Positions 12,503 to 24,855 of a DNA stretch of 64,000 bases are shown here, piece after piece (positions within the stretch are counted from its first letter, which is position 1; every line of letters begins with the position of its first letter). The notes under the pieces were generated by a model. The model did no database searches. It saw only the letters and a program-made list of their open reading frames with translations, and was not told the origin of the DNA. Origin of the DNA: an uncultured Gammaproteobacteria bacterium (GTDB lineage: Bacteria > Patescibacteriota > Patescibacteriia > UBA1558 > GWA2-36-10); the NCBI GenBank assembly GCA_964633905.1, contig CAZWIT010000002.1, positions 63,209 through 127,208 on the forward strand, written 5' to 3'. A program made the translations under genes and the position numbers.

Positions 12503-14932
12503 ATGTATCTTTCCTTAAATTGGGTAAAAAATTGGCTAAAAATTCCAAATAATTTAAGCCACAAAGAAATTGCCTTAGCTCTCACCATGTCCACGGTCGA
12601 GGTTGAGGAAGTTTTAGATCAGGCTAAAGATTTAGAAGGAATTGTAGTTGGCAAGATTAAGCAGATTACTAAACATCCGCAAGCTGATTTATTACAAGTA
12701 TGTCAGGTATCATTAGGCGAAACCCAAGAACAGATAGTTTGTGGTGGTTCCAATTTACGTACCGGCATGTTAGTAGCGGTAGCTACTATTGGTAGTAAGG
12801 TGCGTTGGCACGGCCAAGGCGATTGGGTAAGGCTAGCTGCTACCAAAATTAGGGGTGTGGAAAGTAGGGGTATGATTGTGGCTGCTTCAGAAGTCGGTTT
12901 AGATTTATTATTTCCAACTAATAATGAAAAAGAAATTATTGATTTATCGGATTTTAAAATAAAAGCCGGTCAAAAATTAAGCCAGGCTTTATCATTGGAT
13001 GATGTGATAATTAATATTGATAACAAGTCAATTAACCATCGTCCTGATTTGTGGGGCCAATATGGCTTAGCGCGAGAGTTGGCAGCTATTTATCGTGTTA
13101 AATTAGCTGAATATAAAATAGAACCCTTGGCTTATCAGGATAAATTAGGACTAAAAGCGGAAGTGCAAGATCCAAGTAGCTGTTATCGTTATTCGGCTTT
13201 AGCTCTTAGTAATGTCAAAGTAGCTGAATCGCCTTGGTGGCTAAAAGTAAAATTACTAGCAGTGGGCTTGCGCCCAATTAATAATATAGTTGATGCCACT
13301 AATTTTGTTATGTATGAGCTGGGTCAACCATTACATGCTTTTGATGCCAAGCAAATTGAAGATCATAAAATAGTAGTAAAGTTAGCCAAAGCAAATGATA
13401 ATTTTGTAACTCTAGACGGTGTTAAAAGAAAGCTTAGTGGTGAGACTTTGATGATTGCCGATGGTAAAAAATATTTAGCTATTGCTGGTATTATGGGCGG
13501 TCAAAACAGCGAGATAGTTAAAGACACTACGGATATTATTTTAGAATCAGCTTGCTTTAAAGCTTCTACTATTCGTCGCGCTTCTCAATTTTTAGGTTTA
13601 CGTAGTGAGAGCTCAGCTCGTTTTGAAAAATCTTTAGATCCAAATTTGACTTTACTTGCTCTCCATAAGGTAGCGCGTTTAATTTTAGCTATGAATCCAG
13701 AGGCCGAGGTTTCCAGTAACTTAATAGATATTAATAACAATCCTTTTAAAGAAATATCTTTAACAGTGCCAGAAAGCCTTTTGCTTGATAGAATGGGCAC
13801 AGTAATTCCTGCTAAAGAGATTAAAGATATTTTAACTCGTTTGCAATTTAAGGTTGATTATAAGAAAAAAGTATTTAATATTCAGGTGCCATCATTTAGG
13901 GCTACTAAAGATATTTCTGTGCCAGAAGATATTGTAGAGGAGGTGTCACGTATTTATGGTTATGATAAATTGCCTTATGTATTGCCACAATTAACTTTGC
14001 AGGAACCAATTTTTGATATAGCGCATGATGCCGCTAAAGAAATAAAAACTTGGTTAGCTTGGGGACAGGCCTATACCGAAGTAAGCACCTATCCATTTAC
14101 TAATCAATTTTGGGCCAATACTCTTGGCTTTGATTTAACCAAAAATATCAAAGTCAAAAATGCGGTTAGTCCAGATCAAGCTTATTTGAATACTTCGTTA
14201 TTACCAAATTTGTTTAATGCGGCCGAAGAAAATTATCGTTGGCATAATAATTTTAAAATTTTTGAATTAGAAAGAGTTTTTGATAAAAAAGAAAATAGTA
14301 ATTATCATACAGACCAAAGTCATAAGGGTTTCTTGCCCCAGCAACCAAAACATTTAACTGGCATAGAGTTATGTGAATGTGATGCCGAAACAATGTATCT
14401 TTCAGTAAAAGGATTATTAGAATCATTACTAAAACATTGGGGCTTAAATTGTAATTGGGAAAATCTTAATTTGCCCTATGCCAGCATTGCTGGTCGGATA
14501 ACTTTTCAGGATATTGAGTTAGGTCAGTTTGGTCTATTAAAAAAAGAATTATTTACTAGTGCTAAACAAAAAGTTAATCTTGGTTTTTGGGATTTAAATT
14601 TTTCAACTTTGATAAAATATATCAACTCTAGTAAAACATATACATTTTTACCAAAATATCCAAGTATTGATCGTGATATTGCTATTGTTATTGATAAACA
14701 AATTACTTGGCAGAGCATTGCTCAAGAAATAAATAAGGTCTCAAGCCTGATTCGTAATCTAGAACCTTTTGATGTTTATACTGGTAAAGAAGTGCCAGAA
14801 AATCAAAAGTCCTTAGCTTTCCACCTAGAATTTCGTAGTGATGACCGTACTTTACTAACAGAAGATGTGGACCAATTAATGGCCACTATTTTAGCTAATT
14901 TGGAGAAAAAATTTAAGGCAAAATTACGCTAA
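12503..14932 (+). CDS. pheT: Phenylalanine-tRNA ligase beta subunit
   Basis: OB-fold tRNA-binding domain, INNIVDATN, DIVEEVSRIYGY, C-terminal FDX-ACB domain. Confidence 0.98.
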   Translation: MYLSLNWVKNWLKIPNNLSHKEIALALTMSTVEVEEVLDQAKDLEGIVVGKIKQITKHPQADLLQVCQVSLGETQEQIVCGGSNLRTGMLVAVATIGSKVRWHGQGDWVRLAATKIRGVESRGMIVAASEVGLDLLFPTNNEKEIIDLSDFKIKAGQKLSQALSLDDVIINIDNKSINHRPDLWGQYGLARELAAIYRVKLAEYKIEPLAYQDKLGLKAEVQDPSSCYRYSALALSNVKVAESPWWLKVKLLAVGLRPINNIVDATNFVMYELGQPLHAFDAKQIEDHKIVVKLAKANDNFVTLDGVKRKLSGETLMIADGKKYLAIAGIMGGQNSEIVKDTTDIILESACFKASTIRRASQFLGLRSESSARFEKSLDPNLTLLALHKVARLILAMNPEAEVSSNLIDINNNPFKEISLTVPESLLLDRMGTVIPAKEIKDILTRLQFKVDYKKKVFNIQVPSFRATKDISVPEDIVEEVSRIYGYDKLPYVLPQLTLQEPIFDIAHDAAKEIKTWLAWGQAYTEVSTYPFTNQFWANTLGFDLTKNIKVKNAVSPDQAYLNTSLLPNLFNAAEENYRWHNNFKIFELERVFDKKENSNYHTDQSHKGFLPQQPKHLTGIELCECDAETMYLSVKGLLESLLKHWGLNCNWENLNLPYASIAGRITFQDIELGQFGLLKKELFTSAKQKVNLGFWDLNFSTLIKYINSSKTYTFLPKYPSIDRDIAIVIDKQITWQSIAQEINKVSSLIRNLEPFDVYTGKEVPENQKSLAFHLEFRSDDRTLLTEDVDQLMATILANLEKKFKAKLR

Positions 14933-14956
14933 TATTAGATAAAAAAAATAGATAAG

Positions 14957-14985
14957 AAACAACCTAATTTTAGGTTGTTTTTTTC
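14957..14985 (+). terminator. Rho-independent terminator after pheT
   Basis: AAACAACCTAA / TTAGGTTGTTT followed by a T-run. Confidence 0.7.
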
Positions 14986-15007
14986 TTGTTTTTATGCTAA
15001 AATATAA

Positions 15008-17089
<2,082 letters not shown>

Positions 17090-17100
17090 TTTTTGGTCTA

Positions 17101-18822
17101 ATGCCAGAATTTGGATTAAGTACCATTTATATTTTAACTATTAGTAAGCTAGTTCTACTGGCTTATTTAATTTTTTTGTTTTTGGCTTGGCGTTATAAAT
17201 TTAAACCAGTTGTTTTTTTGATAGCTACAGCTTTGTCTATTATTATTTTTTATCTAGTGCTAGCTTATCCTTTGCGTCAATTTTGGTGGGGGACAGTCGG
17301 CGATGAATTATTAATAGCCGCTTATTTGACCAAAGCCATGTCAGTTAACTGGTGGTCAGATTTTTATTATTCTTACTTGCCAAATTTTTATCCACCATTA
17401 TATTTTTGGTTAACAGGTTTAATAGCAGCGCCTTTTGTTCACAATGCAATTGGCGCAGCAAAAATAGGGGTGATTTGGACTTTAGTAGTTTGGTTTTTTG
17501 GGTCTTACATTTATCAAGCTTGGTTTTGGAAAAAAATTTATAAATCAGACCAAAATAAAATTACTGTTATAAATCAAGCTTGGTTTTGGTTTTTGGTACC
17601 AACAGCTTATTTTTTGTTGTTAGATTTTGACACTATTATTTTTAAACCTTACGAAACTTTAGCTGCCTTAGGCTGTGGCTTGTGGTTAATTTTATTATTT
17701 CAAGTTTTAGATCAGGATCATTGGCCCAAAAAATATTATTGGTGGTTTGGCATTAGTGGGGGCTTGTTATTTTTGTTATTTTATTTTTGGTGGCTAGTAA
17801 TGATGCCATTATTAATTTTTTTGATTTTTAAACAAACAGCCAAGCTTAGATCTTTTATACGACTATGCTTAGTAGCTGCTTTAATGTTGTTTGTTAGTTT
17901 GCCCTATTTATTACCATTATTTTGGTCTTATTTAAAATATGGTATAGAAAATTGGCAAGCTAGATTTTTTGTTGTTAGCGACTTTTTTACTTATTTGCCT
18001 TGGGGAAGTTCTGTAATTAGAAATATCTTTATTTTTTTAAGTATTGCCAGCTTTGCTTTATTTTATAAACAAAAAGTAGTCAAAATTAGTTTAAGTGCAA
18101 TACTGGCGTGCTATTTTTACCAAGGGCTTTCTTTATTATCATTTTTATTTTTTCAAAATCCTATTCAGGCAGCCAAGCCATTCTTATTTTTTGGTGGTAT
18201 TTTTATAGCTATTGCTTTGAGCTATGGCCTAATATCTTTTTATCAAGCCATAAAAATAGAGCGGTGGCGATCAATTTTTATTTTAATATTAAGCTTATTA
18301 GCGCTTAGTCAATTACCAATGATTAAGTTTATAGATGACCCAGTGGTATTAAGACAGATTGAAATTGATTTAAAACCATCGCAAGCCATCGAAGAGCTTT
18401 CTGGATTAATAAAAGAAAAGATTCCCGATTATGAAAAACGTACTTGGCTATACAGCGGTGAAGCCAGATTTAATGTTTATTTGCCTTTATCTTATTATTT
18501 AGCTCATAGTCCACATTTTAGCCACCATGCTGCTAATTATAGTCAGCGTTTAGATTTTGTGACCAAGTTAATTAAGGCTAAAGATGCTGATGCTTTTACT
18601 CAATTGGCTGATCAAGCTCCAATGCAGGCAATTGATGCCATGCTTCTTTATACCCAGCCGAGTTTGGCAGCAGAAAATATTTATAGTATTTTTTTATGGT
18701 CGGATAATTATCCTAATGGCGGTAAGGATAGGACCCTTTATTTGCCAGCTAATTTAGTCAGCGAAAAAGATTGGCTGCTAGTAGCTGAAAAAAATAATTG
18801 GAAAATTTTTATTAGAAAATAA
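17101..18822 (+). CDS. GT-C membrane glycosyltransferase, AftA (arabinofuranosyltransferase)-like
   Basis: About 12-13 TM segments plus a soluble C-terminal domain; GDE...YLT...DFYY..LPNFYPPLYFWL and HSPHFSH..A.Y..R resemble actinobacterial AftA motifs recalled from memory. Confidence 0.65.
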   Translation: MPEFGLSTIYILTISKLVLLAYLIFLFLAWRYKFKPVVFLIATALSIIIFYLVLAYPLRQFWWGTVGDELLIAAYLTKAMSVNWWSDFYYSYLPNFYPPLYFWLTGLIAAPFVHNAIGAAKIGVIWTLVVWFFGSYIYQAWFWKKIYKSDQNKITVINQAWFWFLVPTAYFLLLDFDTIIFKPYETLAALGCGLWLILLFQVLDQDHWPKKYYWWFGISGGLLFLLFYFWWLVMMPLLIFLIFKQTAKLRSFIRLCLVAALMLFVSLPYLLPLFWSYLKYGIENWQARFFVVSDFFTYLPWGSSVIRNIFIFLSIASFALFYKQKVVKISLSAILACYFYQGLSLLSFLFFQNPIQAAKPFLFFGGIFIAIALSYGLISFYQAIKIERWRSIFILILSLLALSQLPMIKFIDDPVVLRQIEIDLKPSQAIEELSGLIKEKIPDYEKRTWLYSGEARFNVYLPLSYYLAHSPHFSHHAANYSQRLDFVTKLIKAKDADAFTQLADQAPMQAIDAMLLYTQPSLAAENIYSIFLWSDNYPNGGKDRTLYLPANLVSEKDWLLVAEKNNWKIFIRK

Positions 18823-18839
18823 AATTAATTTTTAAATCT

Positions 18840-19217
18840 ATGCCTTTTTCTCCAAGACATACAATTGCCGTTGTTGGTGCTTCAAATAATCCAGATAAAT
18901 ATGGTTGTAAAGTGTTAGCTGATTTACAAGTAGCCCAATGGTGTGTGATTCCTATTAACCCCAAGGGTGGTAAAATATTAGGCATTACTGCTTATCCAAG
19001 TATTTTGCAAGTTCCTCAAAAAATTGATGGGGTTATTTTTGTTACCAAACCAGAAGTTACAGAGCAAGTTTTATTTGATGTTAAACAAAAGGGTATTTAT
19101 GATGTTTGGTTTCAACCAGGCTCAGTTAGCGAGACGGCCCTTCAATTTTGCGAGGAAAACAACATAAAATATATAAAAGATGCTTGTATTATGACAGAAA
19201 GGCTTAAAAATGGCTAA
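18840..19217 (+). CDS. CoA-binding protein (YccU-like)
   Basis: IAVVGASNNPDKYG, PINP, VWFQPG, CIM. Confidence 0.9.
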   Translation: MPFSPRHTIAVVGASNNPDKYGCKVLADLQVAQWCVIPINPKGGKILGITAYPSILQVPQKIDGVIFVTKPEVTEQVLFDVKQKGIYDVWFQPGSVSETALQFCEENNIKYIKDACIMTERLKNG

Positions 19218-19343
19218 TATTAGCTAATTTTACTTAAAATATAGCCGTGATTTGGCCGCTCTTGCTAAAATTTTTTGTTTATGATATACTAATGGCACAT
19301 TAAACAGCTTCCCGAGCTGTTTTAAAGAACTTAAGTTTTCCTT

Positions 19344-19529
19344 ATGGACAAATTGTTTAATTATTTTAAAGGAGCTAAAGAAGAGCTAGCTAAAGTAGTT
19401 TGGCCTTCTAGACAAACTACTATTAATCATACTCTGATGGTAATTTTGATTTCAGTCGGTATTGCCTTATTTCTAGGGGCAGTTGACTACGGCTTAAGCA
19501 GATTACTAGAAATATTGATTATTAGATAA
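19344..19529 (+). CDS. secE: Preprotein translocase subunit SecE
   Basis: ELAKVVWPS plus a single TM; upstream of nusG. Confidence 0.96.
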   Translation: MDKLFNYFKGAKEELAKVVWPSRQTTINHTLMVILISVGIALFLGAVDYGLSRLLEILIIR

Positions 19530-19548
19530 AATATTTATTTTATAAAAT

Positions 19549-20094
19549 ATGCCAAAGCAAACATCACAACAAGGTCGACGTTGGTACGTCTTGCACACCT
19601 ATTCTGGTTACGAAGAAAATGTTTCTAGAAATTTAAAACAAAGAATTGAATCCATGGATATGGAAGATAAGATTTTCGATGTTTTAATTCCAACTGAAAC
19701 TAAGATCAAAATCAAAAATGGTAAACGTAAAACCGTTAAAGAAAAAATCTTTCCCGGTTATGTTTTAGTTAATATGATTGTGACTGATGCTTCTTGGTAT
19801 GTAGTTCGTAATACTCCAAATGTTACTGGTTTTGTGGGTTCTGGTACAACTCCAACCCCTGTTTCTGAAGATGAGGTTAAATCATTACTTTCTCGTATGG
19901 GCGAAGAAGAGCCAGAATTTAAAATTGATATTGCGGTTGGTGAATTGGTTAAAATTACCGATGGACCATTTAAAGATTATGAAGGTAAAGTTTCCGAAAT
20001 CGATGAAGCCCGCGGTAAAGCCAAAGTCTTGGTTTCTATGTTTGGTCGCGAAACGCCAGTTGAATTAGATTTTTTACAAATTAAAAAAGTATAG
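19549..20094 (+). CDS. nusG: Transcription termination/antitermination factor NusG
   Basis: WYVLHTYSGYE, FPGYV, KOW domain, FGRETPVEL. Confidence 0.98.
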   Translation: MPKQTSQQGRRWYVLHTYSGYEENVSRNLKQRIESMDMEDKIFDVLIPTETKIKIKNGKRKTVKEKIFPGYVLVNMIVTDASWYVVRNTPNVTGFVGSGTTPTPVSEDEVKSLLSRMGEEEPEFKIDIAVGELVKITDGPFKDYEGKVSEIDEARGKAKVLVSMFGRETPVELDFLQIKKV

Positions 20095-20142
20095 TTAATC
20101 CCATAATAGAAGAGCTTCTATTCTATTTTAAATTAAAATTTT

Positions 20143-20568
20143 ATGGCAAAAGAAATTAAACAGATAGTTAAATTACAAGTTACCGGCGGCAAAGCAAATC
20201 CTGCTCCTCCAGTTGGTACTGCTTTAGGACCTCATGGTGTTAATATTCAAGAGTTTTGTGTAAAATTTAATGATGCTACTAAAGATAGAGCTGGTGAAGT
20301 TGTGCCAGTAGAGCTTACTATTTACACTGATCGTACTTTTACTTTTATCTTAAAGACTGCCCCAGCCTCTGAGCTTATTAAGAAAAAGATTAATCTAGCT
20401 AAAGGTTCTTCTAAACCATTACAAGATAAAGTAGGAGTGTTAACCAATGCCCAGCTTACTGAGATTGCTCAGGCTAAAATGTCTGATTTAAATACCACTG
20501 ACATTGAAGCAGCTAAAAAGATTATTGCTGGAACTGCTCGGCAGATGGGTGTAAAAATTGAAGGTTAA
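20143..20568 (+). CDS. rplK: 50S ribosomal protein L11
   Basis: [23 protein letters not shown]. Confidence 0.99.
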   Translation: MAKEIKQIVKLQVTGGKANPAPPVGTALGPHGVNIQEFCVKFNDATKDRAGEVVPVELTIYTDRTFTFILKTAPASELIKKKINLAKGSSKPLQDKVGVLTNAQLTEIAQAKMSDLNTTDIEAAKKIIAGTARQMGVKIEG

Positions 20569-20575
20569 TTTTTTT

Positions 20576-20613
20576 GAGGGAGCTTGCTAGTTCGAGCTAA
20601 GCGTTAATACCTC
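20576..20613 (+). promoter_or_regulatory. Probable L1-binding autoregulatory mRNA hairpin upstream of rplA
   Basis: GAGG-GAG-C...GC-GTTAATA-CCTC: two stems around an asymmetric purine-rich internal loop, resembling known L1 operators, in the rplK-rplA gap. Confidence 0.6.
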
Positions 20614-20629
20614 GCAAATAATTTAATAT

Positions 20630-21313
20630 ATGTCAAAAGTTAGTAAGAGATTAAAAGCAGTTCGCGCCCAAGTGGCTGATAAGATTTATAGCCATGAAGA
20701 AGCCATTGCTTTGGTAAAAGCAACTGCTGCTTTAAAATTTGATGCTACCGTAGAATTACATGCCCATTTAGGTATTGATCCTACTAAGGGTGATCAATTA
20801 ATTCGTGGCTCAGTAGTTTTACCACATGGTAGTGGTAAAAAAGTAAGAGTAGCTGCTTTTGTGCCAGATAATTTAGCAAAAATTGCTAAAGAGGCCGGTG
20901 CAGATGTTGTTGGTGGTGAAAGTTTAATTGAGCAAATTAAAAAAGACAATAAATGTGATTTTGATATTGCAGTAACCGTGCCTGAAATGATGAAAAATTT
21001 AGCTGCTATTGCCAGAATCTTGGGTCAAAAAGGTTTAATGCCTAATCCTAAAACCGGTACTATTGATACCGATGTTAAGAAAATGGTGACTGAACTTAAG
21101 GCTGGAAAAATATCATTTAAAAATGATAATACCGCTAATATTCATGTGCCGATTGGTAAAGCCTCTTATACTGAGGAGCAGTTACTTGCTAATTTGAAGA
21201 CCTTTGTGGACACTTTAAAAAAAGCTAAGCCCCAAGGCGTAAAAGGTAGTTATATTAAAAGCTTACATCTAAGCTCTACTATGGGACCTGGAATCAGAGT
21301 AAATACAAATTAA
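20630..21313 (+). CDS. rplA: 50S ribosomal protein L1
   Basis: FDATVE, LPHGSGK, GLMPNPKTGT, STMGPG. Confidence 0.99.
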   Translation: MSKVSKRLKAVRAQVADKIYSHEEAIALVKATAALKFDATVELHAHLGIDPTKGDQLIRGSVVLPHGSGKKVRVAAFVPDNLAKIAKEAGADVVGGESLIEQIKKDNKCDFDIAVTVPEMMKNLAAIARILGQKGLMPNPKTGTIDTDVKKMVTELKAGKISFKNDNTANIHVPIGKASYTEEQLLANLKTFVDTLKKAKPQGVKGSYIKSLHLSSTMGPGIRVNTN

Positions 21314-21322
21314 TTTTATATA

Positions 21323-21350
21323 AAAACTAATCTGAAGAGATTAGTTTTTT
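21323..21350 (+). terminator. Rho-independent terminator after rplA
   Basis: AAAAACTAATCT / AGATTAGTTTTT. Confidence 0.75.
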
Positions 21351-21406
21351 GTTTGCCTAAAATAATTCTTTATGTTAAGGTGGAAAAATAATTAAGAAAA
21401 AGTTAT

Positions 21407-22897
21407 ATGCAATTAATTATTACTAAAAATTTAGCCGAAATTAAACCGGAAATAGTGTTTTTTCCAGTTTTAGAAGATGCTTTAAAAATAGATAAAATAT
21501 TTAATCAATTAGAAAGTGCAGAGTCTAAGCTGCTTTTGGCTAGGTGTAAACGAGAAAATTTTCAAGGCAAAGCAGGGCAAATTTTTATTATTCATAAGCC
21601 TGACCGTCAGGTAGTTATTTTAGGCACTGGTCAGAAACAAAAGTTAAATTTAGAAGATTGGCGAGTGTTAGCCGGGCAAATGATTAGTTATTTAAAAAAA
21701 TACCAAGCTAAAAATGTTGGCATATCAGCTAGTAGTTGGCTACTAGCTAATCAAAATTATGAAGCTCTAGCTTTGGGTTTAGCAGAAGGTTTGTTTTTAG
21801 CTAGTTATGATTTTGATAAATATCGCAAACCAATAAAAGATCAAATAAAGATAAAGATAGAAAATTTGTTTATTGAACTTGCTAGTGCTAAAAAAAATAA
21901 ATTTATTTCGGCTTGGCAAGTTGGAGAATTGCAAGCCAAGGCTACTATTTTAGCTAGAGATTTGGTGAATGAGCCGGCTAATATTATGACACCTACTTTT
22001 TTAGCAAATATAGCCAAAGATATTGCCAAAAAATCAAAGCAGATTAGAGTGCGTATTTTAGAAAAAGAAGCAGTACTTAAGCTTGGAATGGGTGCTTTTG
22101 TGGGCGTTGATCAAGGTTCTCAGGAAGATTTAAAATTTATTCATTTAGTTTATAAGCCAAAAACTAAACCAAAAGATCGTTTAGCTTTAGTTGGCAAAGG
22201 TGTTACTTTTGATAGTGGTGGCTTAAATATCAAAACCGGTGACCATATGGGTCAGATGAAGATTGATATGGCAGGAGCAGCTACGGTTTTAGGCGTTTTT
22301 TCTAGTTTGACAGAGCTAAATATAAAAAGTGAAGTGCACGGGATTATTGCTGCTTGTGAGAATATGCCTTCTGGTAGCGCTCTAAGGCCTGGTGATATTG
22401 TCAAAAATATGCAAGGCAAAACTATTGAGATTGGTAATACTGATGCGGAAGGCAGAGTAACTTTAGCTGATTCTCTGGCTTATGCTCAAAAATTAGGTAT
22501 TAAAAAAATTATTGATTTAGCAACTCTGACTGGAGCTATTATGGTGGCCTTGGGCACTGATTATGCTGGTTTATTTAGTAATGATGAAGAATTAAGCAAA
22601 GACCTATTAAAAGCAAGTAAACAAAGCGCTGAAAAAATATGGCCATTACCCTTAGCACCAGAGTATAAGCATCTAAATGCAAGCTTAATAGCTGATATCC
22701 GTAATATTCCTAGTAATCGTTTAGGTGGAGCAATTACAGCTGCTTTATTTTTACAGGAGTTTGTAAATGAAGATGTGGCTTGGGCGCATTTAGATATTGC
22801 AGCACCTGCTTATGCGGAAAAAACAATGAATGCTTATACGCCAGTGGGCGGAGTTGGTTTTGGGGTGCGCACAATTTTAGAGTATTTAAAAAAATAA
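21407..22897 (+). CDS. pepA: Leucyl aminopeptidase (M17)
   Basis: GKGVTFDSGG, MKIDMAGA, NTDAEGR, DLATLTGA, HLDIA. Confidence 0.96.
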   Translation: MQLIITKNLAEIKPEIVFFPVLEDALKIDKIFNQLESAESKLLLARCKRENFQGKAGQIFIIHKPDRQVVILGTGQKQKLNLEDWRVLAGQMISYLKKYQAKNVGISASSWLLANQNYEALALGLAEGLFLASYDFDKYRKPIKDQIKIKIENLFIELASAKKNKFISAWQVGELQAKATILARDLVNEPANIMTPTFLANIAKDIAKKSKQIRVRILEKEAVLKLGMGAFVGVDQGSQEDLKFIHLVYKPKTKPKDRLALVGKGVTFDSGGLNIKTGDHMGQMKIDMAGAATVLGVFSSLTELNIKSEVHGIIAACENMPSGSALRPGDIVKNMQGKTIEIGNTDAEGRVTLADSLAYAQKLGIKKIIDLATLTGAIMVALGTDYAGLFSNDEELSKDLLKASKQSAEKIWPLPLAPEYKHLNASLIADIRNIPSNRLGGAITAALFLQEFVNEDVAWAHLDIAAPAYAEKTMNAYTPVGGVGFGVRTILEYLKK

Positions 22898-22903
22898 ATA
22901 ATA

Positions 22904-22934
22904 TAAAAACTCCCACTTAGAGTGGGAGTTTTTT
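22904..22934. terminator. Bidirectional terminator between convergent pepA and pth
   Basis: AAAAACTCCCACT-TAG-AGTGGGAGTTTTT. Confidence 0.85.
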
Positions 22935-23487
22935 AGTTATATTGATTAGCAGCATCGCTAAAGCCTTTGTTGAGAAGTAATTCTAGGATTAAATGGCTGG
23001 TATCGATAATTTCTGGTATTTTTTTATTTTCTTCAGCTGTAAATTTAGCTAAAACAAAGTCTTCGGCTTTTCCAGTTTGAGGGCCAATACCTAAACGAAT
23101 TCTGATAAAATCTTGGGATTTCAAGTGTTTAATAATGGATTCCAAACCCTGATGTCCGCCACTAGATCGATTTTGAGAAAGACGGATAGTGCCAAAAGTT
23201 AAGTCTAGATCATCATAAATTACAATAATATTTTCAGGGCTGATTTTATAGAACTGGGATAAGGCTGCGACTGCTTCGCCAGACTTATTCATAAATGTTA
23301 AAGGCTGACTTAAAATTATTTTTTCTCTGCCCCAAAGATATTCAGCAATCTGGCTATTTTTATCGGGTGATTTTTTCCAACTCAGCTTTTGTTTATCAGC
23401 TAGTTTACTTAGGGATAGCCAGCCAAAATTATGACGAGTGGCAAGATATTCGGGGCCGGGATTTCCTAATCCTACTATTAATTTCAT
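22933..23487 (-). CDS. pth: Peptidyl-tRNA hydrolase
   Basis: LIVGLGNPG, TRHNFG, FMNKSG, GGHQG. Confidence 0.97.
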   Translation of the reverse strand: MKLIVGLGNPGPEYLATRHNFGWLSLSKLADKQKLSWKKSPDKNSQIAEYLWGREKIILSQPLTFMNKSGEAVAALSQFYKISPENIIVIYDDLDLTFGTIRLSQNRSSGGHQGLESIIKHLKSQDFIRIRLGIGPQTGKAEDFVLAKFTAEENKKIPEIIDTSHLILELLLNKGFSDAANQYN

Positions 23488-23490
23488 AGT

Positions 23491-24846
23491 TTATTTTTTA
23501 TCAAAAACATTTTTAGTTTTAGTAATACTCATTTTAATAGGTACACCAATAAAGCCAAATTTGCGACGTAAACCATTTTCTATAAAACGTAAATAAGAAT
23601 AATGCAGCTCGCTTTTAAAATCTATTTTTATTTGAAAATAAGGAGGATTAGTGCCAGCTTGCTTAAGGCTATAGATGTAGGGTTGTTTGGTGCCTTTGCC
23701 TCGGGATGGTTTATGTCTTTTAACTAAAGACTTGAGCAGTTTGGAAAGAGCGTTATCATCAATATTTTTATGCTTCTCTTCCCAGATATTTATAATTAAA
23801 GGCAAAATTTTACTTAAACGGGTTTTTTCTAAAGCAGATGTAAATAAAATTGGCGCCCAAGTAACAAAAGGAAAAAAGTCTTGGTAATAAGTAACGTATT
23901 TATTGATAGTATCAGTATCTTTACTAGGAATTAGATCCCATTTATTGGCTAAAATTATTACACCTTTGCCAGCATCGACTAATTCTTGCAATAAATTTTT
24001 ATCTTGCCAACTTAAAGATTTACTAACGTCAGTAGCTAGGATGCAGATATCAGCTTTTTTTAAACTATTTAAGCTCATAGCAATACTTTGTTTTTCAAAA
24101 GAATCACCAGTTTTTTTAGCTCGGCGTCTCCAGCCCGCAGTATCAATAAAGGTGATTTGTCGGCCTTGATAATTAATTGCAATATCTTGAGCATCGCGAG
24201 TAGTATGAGGGCTGTCAGAAACAATTAATCTTTCTTCGCCAAGTAAAGCATTAATTAAAGATGATTTACCAACGTTAGGTTGGCCAATAATAGCCACCTT
24301 AATATTTTGACTAGCATCAGGTTTTTTCTTTAATCTTTTCTTTTGGCTGCTAAGTTTAGCTACAATTTCGTCAAGTAGATCGCCAGTGCCAACACCACTA
24401 CGAGCAGAAATTATTTGGGGGTCACCTAAATTTAATTGGTAAAACTCAGCCGTTTGTTGTCTAAGTTTAGGGTTATCTACTTTATTAGCTACCAGAATAA
24501 CAGGTTTTTTATATTTTTTTATCGCTTGCGCTAAAATTCTGTCATCTGGTAAAACACCGCAGTGAGTATCGCTGACCATTAGGATCAAATCAGCTTCGGC
24601 TAAGGCCTTTTCTGCTTGTTTATTAATATTTTTTTCTAACTCATCTTTAGGTTTAGGGATTAAACCGCCAGTATCTATTAATTGAAATTCAAGACCACCC
24701 CAATAACAATTGGCGTAATTACGATCACGAGTAGTACCAGCAATTGGCGAGACAATTGCTTTGGGTGCTGATATTAAGCGATTAAATAGAGTAGACTTAC
24801 CAGCATTAACATGTCCAGCTATTGCTACCTTGTATTGTGAGGCCAT
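23491..24846 (-). CDS. der: Ribosome biogenesis GTPase Der (EngA)
   Basis: Two tandem G domains (GHVNAGKS, GQPNVGKS; DTGG/DTAG; NKVD/NKWD) and a KH-like C-terminus. Confidence 0.97.
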   Translation of the reverse strand: MASQYKVAIAGHVNAGKSTLFNRLISAPKAIVSPIAGTTRDRNYANCYWGGLEFQLIDTGGLIPKPKDELEKNINKQAEKALAEADLILMVSDTHCGVLPDDRILAQAIKKYKKPVILVANKVDNPKLRQQTAEFYQLNLGDPQIISARSGVGTGDLLDEIVAKLSSQKKRLKKKPDASQNIKVAIIGQPNVGKSSLINALLGEERLIVSDSPHTTRDAQDIAINYQGRQITFIDTAGWRRRAKKTGDSFEKQSIAMSLNSLKKADICILATDVSKSLSWQDKNLLQELVDAGKGVIILANKWDLIPSKDTDTINKYVTYYQDFFPFVTWAPILFTSALEKTRLSKILPLIINIWEEKHKNIDDNALSKLLKSLVKRHKPSRGKGTKQPYIYSLKQAGTNPPYFQIKIDFKSELHYSYLRFIENGLRRKFGFIGVPIKMSITKTKNVFDKK

Positions 24847-24855
24847 TATTTTAGT

